From assembly GCA_023205875.1 (NCBI GenBank), contig CP060754.1, positions 124,001 through 188,000 of the forward strand: a stretch of 64,000 bases of DNA, written 5' to 3'. Numbering within the stretch: the stretch's first letter is position 1; every line of letters starts with the position of its first letter. A program made the translations under genes and the position numbers. Positions 32,310-40,454 of this stretch are shown piece after piece. Source of the DNA: Chloropicon primus. Its lineage: Eukaryota. The notes beneath the pieces were generated by a model, which worked only from the letters and a program-made list of their open reading frames with translations, was not told where the DNA came from and did no database searches.

Positions 32310-34481
32310 TTACACACTTTTTGGTTGACGCAAGTGCTTCAGGAGGACGTTGCGTGCCCCGTTCACATCCCGACCGCACTTGAAGCCACACTTCTGGCAC
32401 TTGTACACCTCTGCTCCACCCAGGTTGTCCTTGATGTGTCCGCACTTGCCACAGGTCTTGGAGGTGTACTCCTCCGTCACGATCGCCAGCTCACTGCCGT
32501 GCAAGAGCACCTTGGAAGCCAAGAACGTTCTGAACGCATAGTGCCTCAACGTCAAGAGCGTGCGAGCCGTCTTCTTCCTGATCACTCGGCGTCTCCCGTT
32601 GTTGTTCTTCTTCACCATGTCTTGGGACTTGAACTCCGGGAGGAGGATTGTGTCGAACCTCCTGCATAGATCGTTGGCTACCTTTTTGTGAAGCTCGTTC
32701 GTCAGACCTCGAAGTTTCTCCATGCAGGCGTATTGCTGTCTCTTCAAGTCGCGGCGGTCGAGGTAAGGGAGCTTCACCTTTGGGTCTTTGCGCTCGGAAA
32801 TGATCTCATCAATCCTCCAGCAGAGGTTGAACAGCCTCGCGAAGCCTCGCTCGCCCTTGGCATACTCCCCGACGCCTTCTTGCGGCGAGTACGACGTCTG
32901 AAAGGTCCTGACTCCCGGATCCAGGGCGACAACCTTCCGCTTGTTCTCAGGCTTCAGGGGTGGCAGGCGATCCCATGGCGTCGCGATGGGAATGTGCATG
33001 TGGAACTGCCCAAGGCGATTTCTTGTGATCTTCACGGCACCCTCGATCTTGCCCCCGGGGATCTCCTCCGTCAAGTACAGGGGCCCGCCGGCCATCTTCT
33101 TCTTGAACACCTCCAGCTTGGTCCACTTGCGTCGTTTGTTGTGCTTGGTGTCATCCTTGTGCCTCGTGTTTGGCCTTTCGATCGTCTCCACGTTCTTTAA
33201 CTCTCTTGCATCAATTTCAATGGTCCAAGAGCTCGGTTGCTGACGTTGACGATACTTGAGAACGAAGCGGTGCCCCTTCTCCTCGCCGCGCTCCTTCATC
33301 GCTTCCTGCTTCGCGATGTTCGAATCCCATGCCTTGATGAGACTTCGCACGGCAGCTTGTCTGATGGCACAGGGGGTATCCTTCAGCCAAGGATGCTTCT
33401 GATTTACAAAGGCCCCGCTAACGTAGTCCCGGTCCTTGCCCACTTGGATGCGAAAAGCTCTGCCTCCAATTTGGCTCTCGAGTCTCTTCTCTCTGGCCGC
33501 GAAAAGCTCTGCCTCCTGTTTTGTCCATGGCCGTGGAGAGCATTGGATTTCTTTCAGCTCTTTCTCCAGGCCCTCAAAGACCTCAGGGCCTCGAGGTTTG
33601 GCCGTCACAAATCTGTCCAGCAGGACGGTCCAAACCAGCGGAAAACGCTCCTTCTTGACCGCCTCCAAACACTTGTTGTATGTGAAACGCGCAGCTCCCA
33701 TCCAGTTGCAAAGGCACTTCGCCTGCTCAGGGTTCAAGCGCATCCTCAGCTTCCTCGTCCGTATCACCGTTCGCTCCGACAATAGCTTGGAGGTCTTCAG
33801 TTTCTGCCCCCTCTTCCTTTTGGCGGGCGACTGCAATGCCTCGACGGATACCACAGAATCTTCTGGAAGGTTCAAGCACGACCTCCATCCCGTCTTCGGA
33901 CACTTTACCTCTTCAAGTTCTCTCTTGATCGATGAGAACCAGGTCTTCTTCACGCTGTCGTCCGCCAAGCCACCCGGCTGCTTCCCTGCTTTCTTCCCCC
34001 TCTTGTTCTTCTTCTTCTTACCCTTCTTCTTGTTCTTCTTCTTGCCCTTCTTGCGAGGCTTCTTGCGAGGCTTGCCTGACGAGCTCGAACTCTCACCCGC
34101 AGAGGAAGCCGCCTCCGGCGGCTTCCCCTTCCGCTTCCCCCCCCGCTTCTTGCGAGGCGTGCTCGAACCCTCCTCGAAAGCAGAGGCGGGGTCGTCCAGC
34201 GGCTTCTCCTTCCGCTTCCGCCCCCGCTTCTTGCGAGGCGTGCTCGAACCCTCACCCGCAGAGGCGGGGTCGTCCGCGATAGGAAGCAGGCACAACGAGT
34301 AGAGCAACTGCAAGCCCTGATTCCAGAACCGACGTAACGGCCGCTCCGTCGTCGGAGACTCCTGCCCCGACTTCGAAGCGCCCTGAGCATGACTCTCGCC
34401 AGAGTGCGACCTCCTTGTGGAACTCGTCGAGCCACTCCCCTGCTTCTCCTTTTTCTTACGGCGCTTCCCTGATCGCGCCAT
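32310..34481 (-). CDS. Fanzor (Fanzor2/IS607-TnpB-like) RNA-guided endonuclease, 723 aa, intronless
   Basis: HTH/WED RTRKLRMRLNPEQ...WMGAARFTYN; RuvC-I VVALDPGVRTF; RuvC-II ILLPEF...EEYTSKTC; zinc ribbon CGKC..CQKC; RuvC-III GRDVNGARNV. Confidence 0.93.
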   Translation of the reverse strand: MARSGKRRKKKEKQGSGSTSSTRRSHSGESHAQGASKSGQESPTTERPLRRFWNQGLQLLYSLCLLPIADDPASAGEGSSTPRKKRGRKRKEKPLDDPASAFEEGSSTPRKKRGGKRKGKPPEAASSAGESSSSSGKPRKKPRKKGKKKNKKKGKKKKNKRGKKAGKQPGGLADDSVKKTWFSSIKRELEEVKCPKTGWRSCLNLPEDSVVSVEALQSPAKRKRGQKLKTSKLLSERTVIRTRKLRMRLNPEQAKCLCNWMGAARFTYNKCLEAVKKERFPLVWTVLLDRFVTAKPRGPEVFEGLEKELKEIQCSPRPWTKQEAELFAAREKRLESQIGGRAFRIQVGKDRDYVSGAFVNQKHPWLKDTPCAIRQAAVRSLIKAWDSNIAKQEAMKERGEEKGHRFVLKYRQRQQPSSWTIEIDARELKNVETIERPNTRHKDDTKHNKRRKWTKLEVFKKKMAGGPLYLTEEIPGGKIEGAVKITRNRLGQFHMHIPIATPWDRLPPLKPENKRKVVALDPGVRTFQTSYSPQEGVGEYAKGERGFARLFNLCWRIDEIISERKDPKVKLPYLDRRDLKRQQYACMEKLRGLTNELHKKVANDLCRRFDTILLPEFKSQDMVKKNNNGRRRVIRKKTARTLLTLRHYAFRTFLASKVLLHGSELAIVTEEYTSKTCGKCGHIKDNLGGAEVYKCQKCGFKCGRDVNGARNVLLKHLRQPKSV
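34050..34275 (-). repeat. Three imperfect ~78-81 bp tandem repeats encoding basic NLS-like units in the Fanzor N-terminus
   Basis: DDPASAGEGSSTPRKKRGRKRK / DDPASAFEEGSSTPRKKRGGKRK / EAASSAGESSSSSGKPRKKPRKK. Confidence 0.85.
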
Positions 34482-34698
34482 GACTGCTAGGGTTTCACTC
34501 GGCGTCCTCCTCCCTTCCTCTCGCGAGGTAAGATTTTTTACCAGTGCCTTGCCCAGCAAGTGAGAACACGAGCAAACATTTTGTGGGTTGTCCTTTGGGT
34601 GTGACCAAACTGGTATACACTGGAATCCCACCAACAGGGGAAAACCTCCAACACCGAAACGAAAAATGGGGGGAGGAAAAGATTAGACGAAGGAGGGA

Positions 34699-35277
34699 AT
34701 GATGATTGCTGCTGCTCGTTTGGGTGTCAGGTCTGTGGGGGGAAGAGGAAGAGGGCTCTTACTCACGACGAGGTCAAGGTCGGTTGGTAGAAGTGCGGCA
34801 ATGGCGGGGGGAGACTCGTTGTACAAGTACTCCGCCTTGGACATCGACGGCAAGGAGACAAAGTTGTCGAAGTTCGAGGGGAAGGTGAGCCTTGTTGTTA
34901 ACGTGGCGTCCTTCTGAGGCTCGACGAAGCAGTACGCAGGTCTCCAGAAGCTTTATGAAAAGTATGAGGACGACTTCGTAGTGCTCGCCTTCCCTTGCAA
35001 TCAATTTGGCAAGCAGGAGCCTGGAAGCGAAGCGGAGATAAAGGCTTTCGTGGCGGACAAGTACGGGGTGACGTTTCCTATGTTCTCGAAGATCGACGTC
35101 AAGGGCCCTGAGGCCCACCCGATCTACAAGTTCTTGCAGGCGAACGAGTCTGACGACGTGGGCTGGAACTTCTTCAAGTTTCTCGTCAACAAGGAGGGCG
35201 AGGTCGTCGGGAAGAGACACTCCAACAGAGTTACTCCCGAGGACCTGGACGACGATATTGCTGCCCTCGTGGGCTAA
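34699..35277 (+). CDS. GPX: Selenocysteine glutathione peroxidase, copy A (UGA=Sec at 34915-34917)
   Basis: VVNVASF-U-GST, LAFPCNQFG, WNFFKFLV all in one frame; SECIS downstream. Confidence 0.93.
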
Positions 35278-35344
35278 GCGCTTCCCGTCTTCCGAGCGAG
35301 CCTCCCTTGCGAGAGCAACCCGGTGCGGGGGCGGGACAGGGACA

Positions 35345-35400
35345 GAAGATCATGACCGGGGCACCTCAAATACGCATGGTGCTTTGTGATTACGACACGC
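35345..35400 (+). promoter_or_regulatory. SECIS element of GPX copy A
   Basis: ATGAC-cggggcacc-tc-AAA-tacgcat-ggtgctttg-TGAT: AUGA/GA quartet, 9-bp stem, apical AAA. Confidence 0.85.
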
Positions 35401-35507
35401 ATGAAAAATGCTAGCTTTTAACCTTTCCGCCCTTGTAAACGGAGTTTTTTTTGTTTTGTTGTTGTTTTACACGAAAACACGAGAACCAAAAAAATCGCTC
35501 AAGCAAT

Positions 35508-35590
35508 CACGTTCCCCCTCCCCCTCCGCCCATGGGAGTACTTGGAAGACACCATGGTCCGGTCCGGTCGCACTCTCGTTCCCCCCTCTT
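35508..35590 (-). pseudogene. ~80-bp inverted fragment of the 5' end of the GPX gene that starts at 39576
   Basis: Reverse complement of ~39545-39623 (ATGGTGTCTTCCAAGTACTCCCATGGGCGG...), with small indels upstream of the ATG. Confidence 0.85.
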
Positions 35591-35685
35591 GTTCCTCGGG
35601 GGTAAAATTGAATGGAGTCGAATCACGATAACGGACAAACGAGAGAGAGACGCAGACGCCAAGGAGACAAGGAGACAAGAGCACC

Positions 35686-36261
35686 ATGACTGAAGAGGAA
35701 GAGCAGGTTTCCCCTGTTTCGCCCGCGGAGTCGCCCGTCGTGGTGGAGTCCGAGGAGGTGCAGGAGGTGGTGGCACCACCAGAGCCGCTTCAGGAAGTCG
35801 AGCCCGAGCCGTTACCAGAGCCCGAGGTTTCGGAGGTTTTATCGAGCTCGAGGGCCGAGATGGAGAGAGCTTCCGCTGAAAAGAAGAGGCTGTCCATCCA
35901 AGGTGAGTCCCGGGCCTCACTCGAACGTTAAGGAGAGCCTCCCAAGCTGAGCCTCGTTCTTTTTCTTTCTCTCGCACACGCACGCACGACGACGACGACG
36001 ACGACAACACACAAAGCGGGACAGAGGGAGCTCGAGAAGATAAGAAAGGAGCTCGACGAGAAGGCTGCCGCGAAGAGGGATGCAGTGCGCGAGGCGAGCC
36101 AGAGAAGCGAGCAGAACAACATCGCCGACATGGCTCCCACGGCCACGAGGACCAAAGAGGAGTCGTGGGGTTTGGTCTGCGACTTGGTGGATTTCAAGAG
36201 GGACACGAAGGCGGACATGTCGGTGATGAGGGCCGTGCTCCTTCAGCTCAAGCACGGCTGA
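35686..36261 (+). CDS. CLC: Clathrin light chain, 2 exons (35686-35902, 36017-36261)
   Basis: Acidic N-terminus, coiled coil, C-terminal SWGLVCDLVDF...DMSVMRAVLLQLKH typical of clathrin light chains. Confidence 0.75.
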
Positions 36262-36328
36262 GACTTCTCGCCGAAGAAGTCGGCTGGGTTTTTCAACTCT
36301 TAACTCTTTCGTAAAGGTTTCGTTTCAG

Positions 36329-37397
36329 TTACATCGTGCCCGCTCCCCGCCACGCCGAGTTCTTCTTGAAGTCCGCCATGGTCTCTTCCACCATTTTGCT
36401 CACGCCGCTGGTCTCTCCGATGATCCCGTCGATCAAACCGAGCTCCAGGGCCTGCTCGGGTCCCAGAAACTTCTCCCTGTCGGTCTCCATCTCGATCTCC
36501 TCCACCGTCTTGCCGGTGTACTTGGAGAAAAGCTCGTTGGAGAACTTCATTTGCCTGTTCAGCTCCGCCGCGGTGATGTTGACCTCAACGAAGGAGCCCA
36601 TGGCGCCGCCCATCGGCTGCACCATCATGATGCGGGCATTCGGCATGGAATACCTCTTGCCCTTGTCGCCCGCCGCAAGGACGAGCGTGGAGTTGTGGGC
36701 CACGGAACCAAACGCTATCGTGGATATCGGCGACTTCATGGTGTTCATAACGTCAATGATCCCGGCGACATTATAGATGCTCCCTCCCGGGCTGTTCATG
36801 TAGAGTTTGATCTCCTGGGTGCTGTCCGTCTGCTCCAAAGCCATCAAGGAGCCCACAATCTGAGTAGTCGCCTGCGGGGTGGCGAAAGGGAAGACCCGGG
36901 GGGAGAAGAGAAGAGGTTTTAGGAAGGTTAGACGGGTGTTCAGGTTCGCTGGTCTCTTGCCGCCTGCGGGAGGCTTCTGCGGGGACTCGATCCGCCCTGC
37001 CGCACTTACGTCGTCGTTGAGGTAACCCGAAACAAACAAGATGCGGTTTTGGAGAAGGTACGTCATCATGTCCGTTGCCTGCGTTTCGCCGACCCGACCC
37101 GCCAAAAGCACACACGAAAAGAAAAATAGAGCCGCAGGTCAGAGTCTCCAGAGTCCCCTCTTCGCTCCCCGGGAGAGCGATCCTCACCTCATGCTCCCCG
37201 ATTTGGATAACCGGCTGTATCACGGGCCCCGCTGCAGCTACGACGGTTGTTTCAGCTTGAGCCTCCTTTCTTTGGTCCCTCGTCCTCCCCGCCTTGGGCC
37301 GCGAAGGTCCCTTCCTCTTGGAGGCATTCCCCACCGCCGCATCCCCTGCAGGCGCGAACCTCCCCCTCCTCACGTTCCTCGCTGCTACCCCCTTCAT
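36329..37397 (-). CDS. Plastid Clp protease core subunit, non-catalytic ClpR-type (ClpP6-related), multi-exon
   Basis: LLQNRILFV, YMNSPGGS, SMPNARIMM; the catalytic Ser and His positions are substituted. Confidence 0.8.
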
Positions 37398-37410
37398 CAC
37401 AGCAGTCCTC

Positions 37411-37442
<32 letters not shown>

Positions 37443-37585
37443 CCGCAACCGAAGGGGAAGGAGATCGAAAAAGGATAAGAGACGTCCTCGCGCGCCCAGG
37501 GGTGGTGGGAGGAGTGGAGTGGAGTGGAGTGGAGTGGAGTAGGTGTGTGGGTGTGGGTTGTGAATTGGTTGGAGGGAGGGGAGCG

Positions 37586-38623
37586 ATGGACGAGAGGACG
37601 GTGGAGGCGAACATCAGGCTGTACGATGGTCACGCCCAGCGGACGGCGCAGACGTACGAGCAGCAGAGACAGGCGAGGGAGTCGGGGGGGGCGTACCCCT
37701 TGAAGAAGTACCATAACCTGATAAAGGCGAAGCTGCTCAAGGAGTTCGCGCAGGACGCGGATTCGCTTCTGGACTTGTGCTGCGGGAGGGGGGGGGACAT
37801 CCACAAGTGGATCAATTGCAACGTCGGCAAGGTTTTGGGCGTTGACATCTCGACGATGGAGATCGTGGAGGCGAAGAGGCGGTACCTCGAGGCGAAGAAG
37901 AAGAGGCCCGGGGCGAGGCTGGAGGCCAAGTTCAACCACGTCGCTTGTTTGGGGACCAAGGAGTTGGATTGGGGGGCAAAGTACGACGTGGTCACCTGCA
38001 TGTTCGCGATTCACTACTTCTTCGTGAGCGAGGAAGCCATCAAGACGCTTTTCAGGAACGTCAAGGCCACCCTCAAGCCTGGTGGCTACTTCATCGCCAC
38101 CTTTCCCAGCGGGAAGAAGGTTCTGCAGACCCTGAATCAGAGGGAGGAGTACCGGACGCCGATGCTGTACCTCCGGAAACGCTGGGAGGGTCGGGACCCC
38201 AAGAGCCCTTTCGGTCAGGCTTTTGAGTGCGCGATCAGCGACACGGTGACAAGGGCCGAGAACGCGTCTCAGGAGGAGGTCGTGGGATCCAGGGAGTACC
38301 TCGTTTTCTTCAACGTCATCCAGGCCTTGGCCAAGGAGGTGAACATGTCGCTGGTGAAGACGTACCGGGGCGACGACGTGAACTGCCTGTTTCAGGACGA
38401 GGACGCCGCCTCGGGTTTCAAGCACTTCAAACCTCCTTTTGGGGACGGCGGCGACGACAGCCACCCGAGCTTGAAGAAAGCCAGCGAGCTGTACGTGGCG
38501 ACGGTTTTCCGGATGGGAGAGGAGGAGGAGGCGCAGCCGGCGAAGGCGGGAGCTGAAGGCGTCAAGAGGGGGAGGGAAAGCGGGGGGGAGGGGGAAGGCA
38601 GCGAGAAGAAGAAGAGGGCATGA
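37586..38623 (+). CDS. mRNA cap guanine-N7 methyltransferase family protein
   Basis: LKKYHNLIK, LDLCCGRGGDIHKW, CMFAIHYFF, LKPGGYF, EYLV. Confidence 0.88.
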   Translation: MDERTVEANIRLYDGHAQRTAQTYEQQRQARESGGAYPLKKYHNLIKAKLLKEFAQDADSLLDLCCGRGGDIHKWINCNVGKVLGVDISTMEIVEAKRRYLEAKKKRPGARLEAKFNHVACLGTKELDWGAKYDVVTCMFAIHYFFVSEEAIKTLFRNVKATLKPGGYFIATFPSGKKVLQTLNQREEYRTPMLYLRKRWEGRDPKSPFGQAFECAISDTVTRAENASQEEVVGSREYLVFFNVIQALAKEVNMSLVKTYRGDDVNCLFQDEDAASGFKHFKPPFGDGGDDSHPSLKKASELYVATVFRMGEEEEAQPAKAGAEGVKRGRESGGEGEGSEKKKRA

Positions 38624-38784
38624 TTCGTGCGCTGGTTCGTGTGCGCGTGCGCGCGCGGAGGGCTGAGCGGATTGGTGATTGCTTGAGCGATTTTTTTGGT
38701 TCTCGTGTTTTCGTGTAAAACAACAACAAAACAAAAAAAACTCCGTTTACAAGGGCGGAAAGGTTAAAAGCTAGCATTTTTCAT

Positions 38785-38840
38785 GCGTGTCGTAATCACA
38801 AAGCACCATGCGTATTTGAGGTGCCCCGGTCATGATCTTC
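38785..38840 (-). promoter_or_regulatory. SECIS element of GPX copy B
   Basis: Mirror image of 35345-35400. Confidence 0.85.
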
Positions 38841-38907
38841 TGTCCCTGTCCCGCCCCCGCACCGGGTTGCTCTCGCAAGGGAGGCTCGCTCGGAAGACGG
38901 GAAGCGC

Positions 38908-39486
38908 TTAGCCCACGAGGGCAGCAATATCGTCGTCCAGGTCCTCGGGAGTAACTCTGTTGGAGTGTCTCTTCCCGACGACCTCGCCCTCCTTGTTGAC
39001 GAGAAACTTGAAGAAGTTCCAGCCCACGTCGTCAGACTCGTTCGCCTGCAAGAACTTGTAGATCGGGTGGGCCTCAGGGCCCTTGACGTCGATCTTCGAG
39101 AACATAGGAAACGTCACCCCGTACTTGTCCGCCACGAAAGCCTTTATCTCCGCTTCGCTTCCAGGCTCCTGCTTGCCAAATTGATTGCAAGGGAAGGCGA
39201 GCACTACGAAGTCGTCCTCATACTTTTCATAAAGCTTCTGGAGACCTGCGTACTGCTTCGTCGAGCCTCAGAAGGACGCCACGTTAACAACAAGGCTCAC
39301 CTTCCCCTCGAACTTCGACAACTTTGTCTCCTTGCCGTCGATGTCCAAGGCGGAGTACTTGTACAACGAGTCTCCCCCCGCCATTGCCGCACTTCTACCA
39401 ACCGACCTTGACCTCGTCGTGAGTAAGAGCCCTCTTCCTCTTCCCCCCACAGACCTGACACCCAAACGAGCAGCAGCAATCATCAT
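38908..39486 (-). CDS. GPX: Selenocysteine glutathione peroxidase, copy B (UGA at 39270-39268)
   Basis: Same peptide sequence as copy A. Confidence 0.93.
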
Positions 39487-39575
39487 TCCCTCCTTCGTCT
39501 AATCTTTTCCTCCCCCCATTTTTCGTTTCGGACGGAAAACCAAACAGAGGGGGAACGAGAGTGCGACCCCGGACC

Positions 39576-40247
39576 ATGGTGTCTTCCAAGTACTCCCATG
39601 GGCGGAGGGGGAGGGGGAACGTGGGTTCGTTGCCGAAAGCGGTAGTAGGCTTGACCTTGCTTGCTGCGGGGTTTTACGTGGTCACGAGACTGGGGTTGGG
39701 AGGAAGACAGGCGCAGAGACCACACGCTGTGAGCTTGAGCGCTCCGGGAGGGGAAGCAGCGAAGCAGCCCGTGTACGACTCGTTGTACAAGTACACCGCC
39801 TTGGACATCGATGGGGTAGAGACTAAATTGTCGAAATTCGAGGGGAAGGTGTCGCTTATTGTGAACACGGCCACGTACTGAGGCTCGACGTACCAGTACG
39901 GCGACCTCCAAAAGCTGTACGAGAAGCACAAGAAGAGGGGGCTCGTCGTGATGGGCTTTCCTTGCAATCAATTTGGGAGGCAGGAGCCTCACGACGAGGC
40001 TACGATCAAGCAGTTTGTGGCGGACAAGTACGGGGTGACGTTTCCTATGTTTTCCAAAGTTGAGGTCAAAGGGCCTCATGCTCATCCCATATTTCGTTTC
40101 CTGACCTCCAGCGAGAAGGCCGGAACGGAGGAGATTGGGTGGAACTTCTTCAAGTTCTTGGTCGATCGGAACGGCCACGTCGTCAAGAGGTACAAAGGCG
40201 CTGACAAGCCCTTCGCAATCGAGAAGGACATTCTCGAACTCTTGTGA
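39576..40247 (+). CDS. GPX: Selenocysteine glutathione peroxidase paralog with N-terminal membrane/signal anchor (UGA at 39879-39881)
   Basis: IVNTATY-U-GST, MGFPCNQFG, WNFFKFLV in frame; hydrophobic AVVGLTLLAAGFYVV. Confidence 0.92.
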
Positions 40248-40282
40248 AGTGACCGAGTCAACGCCGGGTCCGGAGTGAAGCG

Positions 40283-40348
40283 AACACCATGATTGAGACA
40301 GCACCCCAAAAAAGACTTACTGGAGTCAGGGTGCCTCATGAACACTAG
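40283..40348 (+). promoter_or_regulatory. SECIS element (type 2) of the GPX paralog
   Basis: ATGAT-tgagacagcacccc-A-run-gact(tactgg)agtc-agggtgcctca-TGAA. Confidence 0.8.
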
Positions 40349-40454
40349 AATAGAATAAGTTTGCTCCCGCCCCGGGCCTTGCGATGGCTTTACTTTTATT
40401 AGTTTGTATGTATTGTTATTGCACACAAACAAACAAACAAACAAAAAACAAAGC

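Larger units (their letters stand above)
32140..34655 (-). mobile_element. Fanzor-encoding, apparently non-autonomous element; boundaries tentative
   Basis: TnpB-like ORF plus structured 3' non-coding tail inserted among housekeeping genes; 8-bp direct repeat GAAACGAA at 32132-32139 and 34656-34663. Confidence 0.5.
34654..35510 (+). repeat. 857-bp inverted duplication, copy A
   Basis: Reverse complement of 38675-39531; same length and same encoded peptides. Confidence 0.97.
38675..39531 (-). repeat. 857-bp inverted duplication, copy B
   Basis: Reverse complement of 34654-35510. Confidence 0.97.

Noticed and set aside
33950..34634. IS607 TnpA serine recombinase or another transposase upstream of or overlapping Fanzor
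   Set aside because: The alternative frames show no resolvase, Y1 or DDE motifs.
32006..34655. GGTGTT...AACACC as terminal inverted repeats
   Set aside because: Only 6 bp and does not extend; compatible with chance.
34915..34917. In-frame TGA read as a GPX pseudogene or truncation (also at 39268-39270 and 39879-39881)
   Set aside because: It falls at the catalytic residue, is present in the diverged paralog, and is accompanied by SECIS hairpins, so it is Sec recoding.
34654..39531. 857-bp inverted repeats as transposon TIRs
   Set aside because: They consist of a complete host gene and enclose housekeeping genes; better explained as an inversion-associated duplication.
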